Of a stretch of 64,000 nt of DNA, positions 37,917 through 47,746 are shown piece by piece; position 1 is the stretch's first letter; each line of letters begins with the position of its first letter. The DNA comes from Omnitrophica WOR_2 bacterium GWF2_43_52 (GTDB lineage Bacteria > Omnitrophota > Gorgyraeia > Gygaellales > UBA12090). Location of the stretch: NCBI GenBank assembly GCA_001805445.1, contig MHGF01000023.1, positions 82,859 through 146,858 on the forward strand, written 5' to 3'. The notes beneath the pieces are model-generated. The model did not search any database. It saw nothing but the letters and a program-made list of their open reading frames with translations, and was not told the DNA's origin. The translations under genes were made by a program, and so were the position numbers.

Positions 37917-38120
37917 ATGCCATTACCAAAGAGGAGATTTTCAAGCGCACGCACGCGTAAAAAAAGAGCGCATAAGATATTTAAAATGGGAGAGCTCAGT
38001 GTCTGTCCCCAATGTAAACAGCCGAAACATTCACATCAGGTTTGTCCTGTCTGCGGCTATTATAAAGGCAGGCAAGTCCTTGAGATAAAGATTAAGGAAA
38101 AAAAGAAGAAACAAGGATAA
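37917..38120 (+). CDS. rpmF: 50S ribosomal protein L32
   Basis: MPLPKRR...CPQC...HQVCPVCGYYKGR. Confidence 0.95.
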   Translation: MPLPKRRFSSARTRKKRAHKIFKMGELSVCPQCKQPKHSHQVCPVCGYYKGRQVLEIKIKEKKKKQG

Positions 38121-38191
38121 ATTGCTAAATTGTTATACTGTTACATTGTTTAGGCAAGATAACAGTGGAGCAATTTGACACTTTAACAATT
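38121..38191. repeat. Octamer (ATTGTTAA/TAACAATT) inverted-arm repeat
   Basis: ATTGCTAA ATTGTTAT ACTGTTAC ATTGTTT ... TAACAGTG GAGCAATT TGACACTT TAACAATT; sisters at 40258 and 41269. Confidence 0.8.
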
Positions 38192-38196
38192 GACGT

Positions 38197-39201
38197 ATGA
38201 AGATAGCAGTTGATGCGATGGGTGGTGATTATGCCCCGAAAGTAGTCATTGAAGGAGCGGTTGCTGCGAGTAAGGAATATGGCTGTAGAATAGCGCTTGT
38301 GGGAATCCGCGAACGTATAGAGGAAGAACTACAGAAAATTGGCGGCTGCCCCGAGGCTATTGAAATCGTTCATGCCTCAGAAATTATTCAAATGAACGAG
38401 CCGGCGGCTTTAAGTATCCGTAAAAAACGGGATTCTTCTATTATCCGCGCGCTCGAGCTTATTAAGCAGCAAAAGGCGGATGCTTTCTTTAGCGCGGGCA
38501 ATACCGGTGCCGGGGTTTGTGCCGCGACGCTCGGGTTAGGGATGCTTTCTGAAGTTGAGCGTCCGGGGATAGCCATTATTATGCCGACCGTAAAAAAAAC
38601 GCCTACCCTTATTATTGATGCCGGAGCGAATATTGATGCTAAGCCTACCCATTTGCTTCAATACGCCGCGATGGCCCAGGCGTATTACCGCCATATTTTT
38701 AATTGTGATAACCCTTCCGTGGGGCTGCTTAATATCGGTGAAGAAGAGGCTAAAGGGACCGATTTTGTAAAAGAAACCTACCGTTTATTAGAATCCTCGC
38801 ATTTGAATTTTCAAGGCAATGTCGAAGGTAAAGATGTTTTTAAAGGGAAAACCGAAATTGTCATTTGCGACGGGTTTGTGGGAAATGTAACCCTCAAAGT
38901 ATCAGAGGGTGTCGCGGAAGCCTTTGGGGTATTGTTAAAGCGCGAATTAACCAGCAGTCTTATGGCTAAGATCGGTTCTTTATTTGTCTATCCCGCTCTT
39001 CGGCGTTTTAAGAAAAACTTTGATTATTCAGAATACGGTGGAGCGCCGCTTTTGGGAGTAAACGGAATAGTAATCATTGGCCATGGCCGTTCTAGCGCGA
39101 AGGCAATCAAAAACGCGATACGGGTTGCCATAAAAGAAGTAGAAAATAATGTTAACCAGAAGATGCTTGAATCGGTAAGAAAATTAACCTATAACGTATA
39201 A
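38197..39201 (+). CDS. plsX: Phosphate acyltransferase
   Basis: IAVDAMGGDYAP, SAGNTGA, DAGAN, LLNIGEE, DGFVGN, YGGAPLLG. Confidence 0.96.
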   Translation: MKIAVDAMGGDYAPKVVIEGAVAASKEYGCRIALVGIRERIEEELQKIGGCPEAIEIVHASEIIQMNEPAALSIRKKRDSSIIRALELIKQQKADAFFSAGNTGAGVCAATLGLGMLSEVERPGIAIIMPTVKKTPTLIIDAGANIDAKPTHLLQYAAMAQAYYRHIFNCDNPSVGLLNIGEEEAKGTDFVKETYRLLESSHLNFQGNVEGKDVFKGKTEIVICDGFVGNVTLKVSEGVAEAFGVLLKRELTSSLMAKIGSLFVYPALRRFKKNFDYSEYGGAPLLGVNGIVIIGHGRSSAKAIKNAIRVAIKEVENNVNQKMLESVRKLTYNV

Positions 39202-39276
39202 TTCGTTTACCGTTACCTGTGTACCGTTTATTGTATAGGGTACATATACATGGTTGCAGAGATTGAAGAGAAAAGA

Positions 39277-40254
39277 ATGAAACCAATAGGGATACTCGGT
39301 GTAGGAGAATATCTGCCAAAACGCGTATTGACCAACGCAGACTTAGAAAAAATGGTGGATACCTCTAATGAGTGGATTGTTACGCGTACCGGTATCAGAG
39401 AGCGCCGTCTGGCCGCGGATAACGAGGCATCCAGTGACATGGCAATTAAGGCAGCACAGGCAGCCCTCAGAGATGCCAAGCTGAAAGCGGAGTCAGTTGA
39501 TTTAATCATTACCGCTACGATAAGCCCGGATATGCAATTCCCCTCGGTTTCCACCATCGTCCAGCAAGGGCTCAAGGCAAAGAAAGCTGTGTGTTTTGAT
39601 ATCTCCGCGGCCTGCGCGGGGTTTGTATATGCCTTAGTGACAGCTCAACAGTTTATTGCTTCGGGAACATATAAAAACGCGCTGATTATCGGCGTAGAGA
39701 AGCTTTCGCCGTTTGTAGATTGGAAAGACCGTAGTACTTGTGTGTTATTCGGTGATGGCGCGGGAGCAGCGGTTATCGCGCCGGTAAAGCGTAATGGAAT
39801 ACTTTCGACCTATTTAGGCAGTGACGGCAGTGGAGGAAATTTATTGATGCTTCCTGCCGGGGGCACGCGCCTTCCCCCCAGCCATGAAACTATAAATAAG
39901 GGTTTACATTTTGTGAAGATGCATGGCAACGAACTCTTTAAAATAGCGGTAAAACGTTTGGCAGAAGCCGCGAACAAAGCGTTAAAGCTGGCGGGATTAA
40001 CCTGTAAAGACGTAGATTGTTTTATCCCTCACCAGGCTAATGAACGAATAATCTTGGCTGCCGCCAAACGCTTAGGTTTAGAGAGGGACAAAATTTTCAT
40101 GAATATTGGTAAATATGGCAATATGTCTTCAGCTTCTACCGCAACCGCTCTTTGCGAGGCAGTGAAATCAGGAAGGGTTAAAAAAGGCGATATTGTAGTG
40201 CTTGATGTTTTTGGAGCGGGATTGGTATGGGGCGCTTGTGTTATTAAATGGTAG
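39277..40254 (+). CDS. fabH: 3-oxoacyl-ACP synthase III
   Basis: RTGIRERR, AACAGF, FGDGAGA, PHQAN, GNMSSAS. Confidence 0.96.
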   Translation: MKPIGILGVGEYLPKRVLTNADLEKMVDTSNEWIVTRTGIRERRLAADNEASSDMAIKAAQAALRDAKLKAESVDLIITATISPDMQFPSVSTIVQQGLKAKKAVCFDISAACAGFVYALVTAQQFIASGTYKNALIIGVEKLSPFVDWKDRSTCVLFGDGAGAAVIAPVKRNGILSTYLGSDGSGGNLLMLPAGGTRLPPSHETINKGLHFVKMHGNELFKIAVKRLAEAANKALKLAGLTCKDVDCFIPHQANERIILAAAKRLGLERDKIFMNIGKYGNMSSASTATALCEAVKSGRVKKGDIVVLDVFGAGLVWGACVIKW

Positions 40255-40257
40255 TGT

Positions 40258-40337
40258 AATGCTAAATGGTTACATTGTCAAATTGCTGCACTGTTGTTCG
40301 GTTTATAGCAATGTAACCATTTAACAATGTAACAATG
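40258..40337. repeat. Octamer inverted-arm repeat whose last unit (TAACAATG) contains the fabD ATG
   Basis: AATGCTAA ATGGTTAC ATTGTCAA ATTGCTGC ACTGTTGT ... TAGCAATG TAACCATT TAACAATG TAACAATG. Confidence 0.8.
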
Positions 40338-41276
40338 AAACCTATCGCTTTATTGTTTCCAGGGCAAGGCAGCCAGTATGTGGGGATGGGAAAGGATCTT
40401 TATGAAGCTTTTCCAGAGAGTAAAGCTGTTTTTGATACCGCAGACAAGGTTTTGGGGTTCCCTCTTACCAAGCTTTGCTTGGAAGGCCCTCTTGAGGAAC
40501 TCACCCGCACCAAAAATTGCCAGCCAGCCATTCTTACGGTGAGTATAGCTGCTTTAGAGGCTTTTAAATCCGGTATCCGGTATCCGGTATCCAGTATCCA
40601 GTACACCGCAGGCCTAAGCTTAGGTGAATATGCAGCTCTTGTGGCAAGCGGAGTTATTGATTTTGAGGAGGCGTTACGTTTAGTGAGTAAACGGGCTCAG
40701 TTAATGGAGGAAGAAACCCGCATATCCCCCGGAAAAATGGCCGCGGTATTAGGATTAGAAAGAAAAGTAGTAGAGGATATATGCGCTCAGGCTGGTGCCC
40801 AAATAGCCAACCTTAATTGTCCGGGGCAAATTGTTATTTCAGGAAAGACTGAAGCAGTGGAAAAGGCAAAGGCTTCACTTCTTGCCAGCGGCGCCAAACG
40901 AGTGATTGATTTAGAGGTTTCCGGAGCATTTCACTCTTCTTTGATGAAAGAAGCAGCGGCTAAATTTAAGGTTTTTTTGGATAGTTTTACCTTGAAAAAG
41001 GCCTCAATTCCTATAATAAGTAATGTCAGCGCAAGCCCTACCCAGGATGCTGCTGTCATCCGCGAGAATTTATTCAGGCAGATTTATAGCGCTGTTCTCT
41101 GGGAAGATACGGTGCGGTTTATGGCAGGAGAGGGGGTTAAGCTCTTGTATGAGATTGGGCCAGGAAGCGTTCTTAAGGGATTGATCAGAAAGATAGATGC
41201 AAGCCTGGAAGTGAAGAATATAGGAAACGCACAGGAAGTATATAAGTGTGTAAGAAGGAGTAAAATACATTGTTAA
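40335..41276 (+). CDS. fabD: Malonyl-CoA:ACP transacylase
   Basis: FPGQGSQ, QPAI, GLSLGEY, ANLNCPGQ, SGAFHS, EIGPG. Confidence 0.95.
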   Translation: MKPIALLFPGQGSQYVGMGKDLYEAFPESKAVFDTADKVLGFPLTKLCLEGPLEELTRTKNCQPAILTVSIAALEAFKSGIRYPVSSIQYTAGLSLGEYAALVASGVIDFEEALRLVSKRAQLMEEETRISPGKMAAVLGLERKVVEDICAQAGAQIANLNCPGQIVISGKTEAVEKAKASLLASGAKRVIDLEVSGAFHSSLMKEAAAKFKVFLDSFTLKKASIPIISNVSASPTQDAAVIRENLFRQIYSAVLWEDTVRFMAGEGVKLLYEIGPGSVLKGLIRKIDASLEVKNIGNAQEVYKCVRRSKIHC

Positions 41277-41332
41277 ACTGCTAAACTGTTAAACTGCTTA
41301 TAGCAATGTAGCAGTGTAGCAATTTAACAGTT
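41269..41332. repeat. Octamer inverted-arm repeat whose first unit contains the fabD stop
   Basis: ATTGTTAA ACTGCTAA ACTGTTAA ACTGCTTA TAGCAATG TAGCAGTG TAGCAATT TAACAGTT. Confidence 0.85.
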
Positions 41333-41384
41333 GTAAGTGGACATTGACCTCAACCTCAACCTTTTTATTTAACAAAGGAGAAAG

Positions 41385-42146
41385 ATGTGCCTTGAAGGGA
41401 ATATACGTCTTAAAGATAAAGTAGCTTTAGTGACTGGTTCAGCACGAGGAATAGGCCGTGAGATTGCATTACTCTTTGCCAAGGAAGGCGCTCATATCGT
41501 CATTTGGGATGTGAATCCGGAAGCCGCAAGCCAAACGCAGAAAGATATAGAGGCCTTAGGGGTTAAAGCAATGAGCGCGAAAGTGGATGTGACCAATGCG
41601 CGGCAAGTAGAAGAAGAAATAAACAAAATTCTTGACAAATTTCAGAAGCTTGATATATTGGTAAACAATGCAGGCATCACCAAAGACGGCCTGTTGCTTC
41701 GAATGCCAGAGGCAGATTGGGATGCGGTCATAAATGTGAATCTCAAAGGCACATTTAACTGCACCAAGGTAGCCTCAAAAGCAATGTTGAAGCAGAAGTC
41801 AGGCAAGATGGTGAATATCGCATCGATCATTGGTATTATAGGGAATGCAGGTCAGGCCAATTACTCTGCCTCAAAAGCCGGAATTATCGCCTTAACCAAG
41901 ACAACCGCTAAGGAATTAGCAAGCAGAGGGATATGTGTAAATGCGGTTGCTCCCGGTTTTATCCAGACAGAGATGACGGCAAAGCTTCCCCAAGAGATAC
42001 AGGAAAAAATGCTTGCTCAGATACCTTTAGGCAGGTTTGGAAAGCCTGAAGATGTGGCAAGGCTGTGTCTATTCTTGGCATCAAGCGAGGCGGACTATAT
42101 TACAGGCCAGACTATTATTATAGATGGCGGCATGGTGATGACATAA
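41385..42146 (+). CDS. fabG: 3-oxoacyl-ACP reductase
   Basis: TGSARGIG, NNAGIT, GQANYSASK, VAPGFI. Confidence 0.96.
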   Translation: MCLEGNIRLKDKVALVTGSARGIGREIALLFAKEGAHIVIWDVNPEAASQTQKDIEALGVKAMSAKVDVTNARQVEEEINKILDKFQKLDILVNNAGITKDGLLLRMPEADWDAVINVNLKGTFNCTKVASKAMLKQKSGKMVNIASIIGIIGNAGQANYSASKAGIIALTKTTAKELASRGICVNAVAPGFIQTEMTAKLPQEIQEKMLAQIPLGRFGKPEDVARLCLFLASSEADYITGQTIIIDGGMVMT

Positions 42147-42299
42147 CCGCGGAGGCTCGAGAGAGTAAATGGAACTGATAGATTCCGCGGAAACACAGAA
42201 AACTTAACCGCGAAGGCGCAGAAAACTTAACCGCGAAGGCGCAGAAAACTTAACCTATTAATTCAGCGCTTCAGTGGTTGCAGCGTTTCAGCGGTTGCA
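42144..42299. repeat. AACCGC...GCGGTTGCA family element with an internal 23-nt tandem duplication
   Basis: Starts at the fabG stop (TAACCGCGGAGGC); CAGAAAACTTAACCGCGAAGGCG x2.6 (42196-42255); right arm TTCAGCGCTTCAGTGGTTGCAGCGTTTCAGCGGTTGCA. Confidence 0.8.
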
Positions 42300-42313
42300 A
42301 GAGGAGGAAAATA

Positions 42314-42556
42314 ATGGCTGTAGCAGATAAGGTAAAATCAATCATTGCGGAGCAATTAGGAGTGAAAATTGAAGAAGTTACTCCCGGAGCATCTTTTATT
42401 GATGATTTAGGAGCTGATTCTCTGGATACCGTCGAGTTGGTAATGGCTTTGGAAGAAGAATTTGGCATTGAAATACCTGATGAAGACGCGGAAAAGATGA
42501 CCACCGTAGGAGATGCCGTTAAATATATCGAAGAAAAAGCAGGAGCAAGTAAGTAA
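42314..42556 (+). CDS. acpP: Acyl carrier protein
   Basis: [21 protein letters not shown]; RBS GAGGAGG. Confidence 0.97.
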   Translation: MAVADKVKSIIAEQLGVKIEEVTPGASFIDDLGADSLDTVELVMALEEEFGIEIPDEDAEKMTTVGDAVKYIEEKAGASK

Positions 42557-42578
42557 CTTGTCTATTATACAGTAATTA

Positions 42579-42702
42579 TTACAATGCCCCGGTCATGTCG
42601 TGACCGGGGCAAATCATTTATCCCGACGCTTCGGTCGGGATTTTGCCCTGAGGGGGCAAGAAGAAAATGAACCTCGGGCTTTAGCCAGAGGGGGCATTGT
42701 AA
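42579..42702. mobile_element. 124-bp MITE/REP-like element with perfect 12-bp terminal inverted repeats
   Basis: TTACAATGCCCC/GGGGCATTGTAA enclosing four GC-rich hairpins. Confidence 0.65.
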
Positions 42703-42761
42703 GAACATACATTAGTTTACAAGAAAAGCCCATTTTAAACACTCATTACCACAAATTAAAA

Positions 42762-42840
42762 GCCGAATTCTCGCAGATTGATTCGTGTAAATTCGCTAAA
42801 CCTGCCTACCGGTAGGCAGGAATTCGTGGCAATTCGTGTA
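42762..42840. repeat. ATTCGTG repeat arm carrying a nested perfect 20-bp palindrome
   Basis: ATTCGTGT AAATTCGCT [CCTGCCTACCGGTAGGCAGG, 42801-42820] AATTCGTGGC AATTCGTGT. Confidence 0.75.
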
Positions 42841-42855
42841 AAATAAGATTTTAAA

Positions 42856-44097
42856 ATGAAACGACGCGTCGTTGTTACTGGTTTAGGAATAATTTCTCCG
42901 GTAGGTAATGAGGTGGATACCTTCTGGCAGGCGTTACTCTCGGGTAAAAGCGGGATAGGGCCATTGACGACGTTTGATGCCAGTGCCTTTGATTCGCGTA
43001 TTGCCGGTGAGGTCAAGGGTTTTGATTCGCTACAATACATAGAGCCAAAGGAAGCCAGGCGAATGGAGAAATTTGTCCAATACGCGGTCGCGGCAGCCAA
43101 GCAGGCAGCCTTTGATTCTCAGCTAGATTTGAGTAAAGAAGATACTACCCGTATCGGAGTTTTAATTGGTTCCGGGATTGGAAGCTTACGTATTATCGAG
43201 GAAGAGCATAAGATATATTTAGAAAAAGGCCCTTCACGGCTTTCGCCTTTTCTTATTCCGATGCTTATTGTCAATGAAGCCGCGGGCCATGTCTCGATTG
43301 CGTTGGGTTTGAAAGGCCCAAATTCTTGCGTAGCGACAGCATGCGCTTCAGGTTCACACGCTTTGGGTGACGCCTTTAGGGTGATTCAACACGGCGACGC
43401 CGATATCATGTTTGCCGGCGGCACCGAAAGCTGTATTACGGCTTTGGGTGTTGGAGGGTTTTGCGCGCTTAAGGCGTTGTCTAAAAGAAATAACGAGCCT
43501 CAGAGAGCCTCTCGGCCGTTTGATAAATTACGAGACGGCTTTGTGATGGCAGAAGGTGCCGGCTTAGTGGTTTTAGAATTTTTGGAGCATGCTCTAAAAC
43601 GAAATGCGAAGATATACGCGGAGATGGTTGGCTATGGTATGTCCGCTGATGCCTATCATATGACAGCCCCTGATTCGACCGGTAGCGGCGCATCTCGGGC
43701 AATGCTTGCGGCATTAGCGGACGCTAATGTAAAGCCGCAAGAGATAGACTATATCAATGCCCATGGTACGTCAACGGCGTTAAATGATAAAATTGAGACC
43801 TTGGCAATCAAAAATGCCTTTGGCCAGCATGCCTATACCATAGCGGTTAATTCCACAAAGTCTATGACAGGCCATCTCTTAGGTGCGGCAGGAGGCTTAG
43901 AATTCGTAGTCTGTTGTCTTTCTATCCGCGATTCTATTGTGCATCCTACCATCAATCAGGAGGTTCCTGACCCCGACTGTGACCTTGATTATGTCCCTAA
44001 TGTATCGCGTAAGATGAAAGTAAATATAGCGATGTCCAATTCATTAGGCTTTGGTGGCCATAATGCCACCCTCATCGTTAAGAGATTTAATGGTTAG
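42856..44097 (+). CDS. fabF: 3-oxoacyl-ACP synthase II
   Basis: RRVVVTGLG, TACASG, SRPFD, NAHGTST, KSMTGHLLGAAG, GFGGHN. Confidence 0.97.
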   Translation: MKRRVVVTGLGIISPVGNEVDTFWQALLSGKSGIGPLTTFDASAFDSRIAGEVKGFDSLQYIEPKEARRMEKFVQYAVAAAKQAAFDSQLDLSKEDTTRIGVLIGSGIGSLRIIEEEHKIYLEKGPSRLSPFLIPMLIVNEAAGHVSIALGLKGPNSCVATACASGSHALGDAFRVIQHGDADIMFAGGTESCITALGVGGFCALKALSKRNNEPQRASRPFDKLRDGFVMAEGAGLVVLEFLEHALKRNAKIYAEMVGYGMSADAYHMTAPDSTGSGASRAMLAALADANVKPQEIDYINAHGTSTALNDKIETLAIKNAFGQHAYTIAVNSTKSMTGHLLGAAGGLEFVVCCLSIRDSIVHPTINQEVPDPDCDLDYVPNVSRKMKVNIAMSNSLGFGGHNATLIVKRFNG

Positions 44098-44142
44098 CGT
44101 ATAGTTTTTTGTTTTTCTAAACGCTCTACGCTAAACGCTAAA
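44094..44142. repeat. Heptamer (CTAAACG) inverted-arm repeat
   Basis: TTAGCGTATAG ... CTAAACG CTCTACG CTAAACG CTAAA. Confidence 0.65.
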
Positions 44143-44149
44143 ATTATTA

Positions 44150-45472
44150 ATGCCATACACAATCACTGAAAAAATATTATTACAGCATACCCCAGGAAAA
44201 AAAGATATTCATCCGGGTGAGTTTATCTGGGCAAAAGTTGATTTGGCTTTAGCTAATGACATTACCGCGCCCTTAGCGATAGAGGAATTTAGGAAGTCAG
44301 GGGCAAAAAAAGTTTTCGATACCAGGAAGGTAGTGCTTGTGCCGGATCATTTTACTCCAGCGAAAGATTTAAGGAGTGCTAATCAGGCGAGAATGTTATA
44401 TGATTTTGCCAAAGAGTATAAAATTAGAAATTACTTTGAAGTCGGACAAATGGGTATTGAACACGCGCTTCTTCCCGAGATGGGTTTTATTCAGCCTGGA
44501 GATTTGATTATAGGCGCGGATTCACATACCTGTACCTATGGCGCTTTGGGTGCTTTTTCAACGGGGATGGGCTCAACCGATATTGCCGCAAGCTGGATTA
44601 CCGGGCATGCCTGGTTTCGTGTCCCCCAGACTATAAAATTTACCTATACAGGAAAACTTAAGAAGTGGGTAAGCGGCAAAGACCTGATTCTTTATACCAT
44701 TGGCGATATAGGAGTAGACGGAGCTTTATATAAGGCAATGGAATTTTGCGGCCCTGTGATTGAGAAATTAGATATTGATGGCCGCCTTACGATGTCTAAT
44801 ATGGCAATCGAGGCTGGGGGGAAGGCCGGGATTATTGAGCCGGACGAAGTTACTTTTGAATATATCAAAGAGGCCACAAAGTCACAAGGTCACAAGGTCA
44901 CCAGAAAAAGACCATCGGCTATAGACTATCGGCTATGGACTCATTTAAAAAGCGATAAAGATGCCCAGTACGCGGATATTAAGGAATACGATGTCTCTAA
45001 ACTGGAGCCGCAGGTAGCTTGCCCTCATCTCCCCAGTAATGTTAGGCCAGTGGGCCAGCTTAAGAATGTTAGTGTTGATCAAGTGGTTATTGGCTCTTGC
45101 ACTAACGGCAGGATTTCAGATTTAAGGGCCGCAGCCAAGGTCCTGAAGGGAAAATATGTGAAATCCTGTGTGCGTACGATTATTATTCCGGCAACCCAAA
45201 CTATCTATAAGCAGGCAATGAGGGAAGGCTTGCTTGATATTTTTAGCAAGGCAGGCTGTGTTATTTCAACTCCTACCTGCGGGCCATGTTTGGGCGGCCA
45301 CTGTGGTATCTTAGCAGAGGGAGAAGTGGCTCTTACTACTACAAACCGTAATTTTATCGGCAGGATGGGATCCCCTAAAAGCTTTGTCTATCTGGCAAAT
45401 CCGGCGGTAGCAGCAGCTTCAGCAGTGGTGGGAAGGATTGCGCATCCTGATGAAGTAGTGAGTAGTAAGTAG
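44150..45472 (+). CDS. leuC: 3-isopropylmalate dehydratase large subunit
   Basis: PDHF, GADSHTCTYG, IGSCTNGR, CGPCLGGH, TTNRNF. Confidence 0.95.
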   Translation: MPYTITEKILLQHTPGKKDIHPGEFIWAKVDLALANDITAPLAIEEFRKSGAKKVFDTRKVVLVPDHFTPAKDLRSANQARMLYDFAKEYKIRNYFEVGQMGIEHALLPEMGFIQPGDLIIGADSHTCTYGALGAFSTGMGSTDIAASWITGHAWFRVPQTIKFTYTGKLKKWVSGKDLILYTIGDIGVDGALYKAMEFCGPVIEKLDIDGRLTMSNMAIEAGGKAGIIEPDEVTFEYIKEATKSQGHKVTRKRPSAIDYRLWTHLKSDKDAQYADIKEYDVSKLEPQVACPHLPSNVRPVGQLKNVSVDQVVIGSCTNGRISDLRAAAKVLKGKYVKSCVRTIIIPATQTIYKQAMREGLLDIFSKAGCVISTPTCGPCLGGHCGILAEGEVALTTTNRNFIGRMGSPKSFVYLANPAVAAASAVVGRIAHPDEVVSSK

Positions 45473-45496
45473 ATAGTAGTAAATATAAGGGAAGGT

Positions 45497-46003
45497 ATGC
45501 TATTAAAAGGTAAGGTTCATATATTTGGCGATGATATAAATACTGACGATATCGTCGCGGCAAAGTATCTGGTGACTACCGACCCTGTGGAATTGGGCAA
45601 AAAGTGCATGGAGACGATTGCTCCGGATTTTGCTAAAAATGTTGCCAAAGGCGATATTATTGTTGGGGGAAAGAACTTTGGCTGCGGCTCAAGCAGGGAA
45701 CACGCCCCTCTTGCGATTAAAGGTGTGGGAGTGTCTTGTGTGATTGCCAAATCCTTTGCCCGTATTTTCTACCGCAACGCCATAAATATCGGACTGCCTA
45801 TTATTGAGATAGTCCAGGCTGGCCAGATAAATAACGGGGATGAATTAGAGATAGATTTGGTAAAGGGCAAGATTAAGAATATTACCCAGGGTAAAGTTTA
45901 TAAGTCTGAAGGTTTTCCGGAGTTTATGCAGAAAATAGTGGAGGCCGGAGGGCTGATGCAGTGGATTGCAACCGCAAAGGCGCAGAATAATTTTAAAAAA
46001 TAA
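45497..46003 (+). CDS. leuD: 3-isopropylmalate dehydratase small subunit
   Basis: DDINTD, NFGCGSSREHA, SFARIFYRN. Confidence 0.95.
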   Translation: MLLKGKVHIFGDDINTDDIVAAKYLVTTDPVELGKKCMETIAPDFAKNVAKGDIIVGGKNFGCGSSREHAPLAIKGVGVSCVIAKSFARIFYRNAINIGLPIIEIVQAGQINNGDELEIDLVKGKIKNITQGKVYKSEGFPEFMQKIVEAGGLMQWIATAKAQNNFKK

Positions 46004-46139
46004 ATGTTTCCGCAGAGGCGCAGAGTAAATGGATTCCGAAGAAACACAGAAGAAGACTTATTGAATTTCCGCGTTTTAGCGGAGAGTAACTATCTTACTT
46101 CAGCGTTTCAGCGGTTGCAGAACCGCAAAGGCGCAAAAT
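45967..46139. repeat. AACCGC...GCGGTTGCA family element overlapping the leuD 3' end
   Basis: TGCAACCGCAAAGGCGCAG ... CCGCAGAGGCGCAGAGTAAATGGATTCCG ... TTCAGCGTTTCAGCGGTTGCAG. Confidence 0.78.
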
Positions 46140-46164
46140 ATCATTTACAGGAGAAACAATAAAA

Positions 46165-47217
46165 ATGTATAAAATCGCAGTAATCCCCGGAGATGGGACA
46201 GGGCCGGAAGTAGTTAACGAAGGCCTCAAGGTTTTAGAGGCGGCAGGAAAAAAATATAAGTTTCAGTATGAAACTAAAACCTTTGATTTTGGGGGTGAGC
46301 GCTATCTAAAGACCGGTAAGACCTTAGAGGATAAAGATATAGAGGAGCTCAAGAAATACTCGGCAATTTTCTTAGGGGCAATCGGCCACCCCAAGGTTAA
46401 ACCCGGGATTTTAGAAACCGGAGTGCTTCTTAAGTTACGATTTTCCTTAGACCAATACATAAATTTACGCCCGGTTAAGCTTTATAACGCTGATTATTGC
46501 CCCTTAAAGGATAAAAAACCTGAGGATATAGATTTTGTGGTAGTAAGGGAAAATTCCGAAGGCCTCTATAAGGGGATGGGAGAGTTTCAGAAAAAAGCCA
46601 CCAAGGATGAGGTGGCGATACAGATTTCTTATAATACCCGTAAAGGGGTAGAACGCTGTATCCGTTATGCCTTTGAATATACCCGTAAGCGTAATAAAAG
46701 AAAAAAACTTACCCTTTGCGGAAAAACGAATGTTTTGACCTATGCCTGGGATTTATGGGAACGCACCTTTTATGAGGTTGCCAAAGAATATCCCGATATT
46801 ACTACTGATTATGCCCACGTTGACGCAACTACGATGTGGTTTGTAAAGAATCCCGAGTGGTTTGATGTGATTGTGACCGATAATATGTTTGGCGATATTA
46901 TCACCGATTTAGGGGCAATGATTCAAGGAGGCATGGGTATTGCCGCAGGAGGCAACATTAATCCTCAAGGAGTATCAATGTTTGAGCCTATCGGAGGTAG
47001 TGCCCCAAAATATACGGGGCAGAATGTGATTAATCCATTGGCCGCGATCTGCGCGGCAGGAATGATGCTTGAGGCTTTAGGGCAAGCACAAGCGGCAAAG
47101 GCCATTGAAGATGCGGTAATAAAGATTGTAGCCACTACATTAAAATCCCTTGCCGCCGGAAAGATGGGATATCCAACGAGCGAAGTGGGGGATATGGTTG
47201 CAGCGGGCTTAAAATGA
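46165..47217 (+). CDS. leuB: 3-isopropylmalate dehydrogenase
   Basis: [36 protein letters not shown]. Confidence 0.93.
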   Translation: MYKIAVIPGDGTGPEVVNEGLKVLEAAGKKYKFQYETKTFDFGGERYLKTGKTLEDKDIEELKKYSAIFLGAIGHPKVKPGILETGVLLKLRFSLDQYINLRPVKLYNADYCPLKDKKPEDIDFVVVRENSEGLYKGMGEFQKKATKDEVAIQISYNTRKGVERCIRYAFEYTRKRNKRKKLTLCGKTNVLTYAWDLWERTFYEVAKEYPDITTDYAHVDATTMWFVKNPEWFDVIVTDNMFGDIITDLGAMIQGGMGIAAGGNINPQGVSMFEPIGGSAPKYTGQNVINPLAAICAAGMMLEALGQAQAAKAIEDAVIKIVATTLKSLAAGKMGYPTSEVGDMVAAGLK

Positions 47218-47233
47218 AAATGGTAAAGGGAAA

Positions 47234-47746
47234 ATGAGTAGAAAGAAAATAAGAGGAATAGCCTTTTTAATAGTCATGTTGTTGAACGTATGCGTAGCGT
47301 TTTTGTTTGCACAGGGCCCCCGTTTGGAGGAATTAGTTGATTCATCCTATACAATTATAGTGGGAACTGTAGAGAAAAAAGAAAGTGTAAAGAGTAAATC
47401 TCCCAGGACAATGGTTGATATTACTACTTCCGTTGTTTTGAGTGTCGAGGAATATTTAAAACGAGATATGAGAATCCAAGAAATTACTATTTCTTACTCT
47501 GGGGGAGAATGGGAGGGGGAGAGGTTGAATGTTGAAACAGAAGCCCGCTTTGTTCTGGGAGAGCGATGCCTTGTTTTCCTTAGTAAGGATAAGAGAAAAA
47601 GAAATGTATATCTTGTAACGGGTGGGGTAAACGGTAAGTATGCCATTGAAAACGGATGGGTTATTAATACGTCACGAATTTTTTATGGAGTGGATAAAAT
47701 TCCATTAGACCAGCTAATAGCAAAAATCAAGGAATGTATAAGATGA
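47234..47746 (+). CDS. Hypothetical exported protein
   Basis: Signal-peptide-like N-terminus; 170 aa ORF tightly packed between leuB and asd. Confidence 0.7.
   Translation: MSRKKIRGIAFLIVMLLNVCVAFLFAQGPRLEELVDSSYTIIVGTVEKKESVKSKSPRTMVDITTSVVLSVEEYLKRDMRIQEITISYSGGEWEGERLNVETEARFVLGERCLVFLSKDKRKRNVYLVTGGVNGKYAIENGWVINTSRIFYGVDKIPLDQLIAKIKECIR

Noticed and set aside
40609-40630. FabD GLSLG instead of GHSLG as a sign of inactivation
   Set aside because: The catalytic Ser and the downstream AFH His are intact, and the Leu variant occurs in functional FabD proteins.
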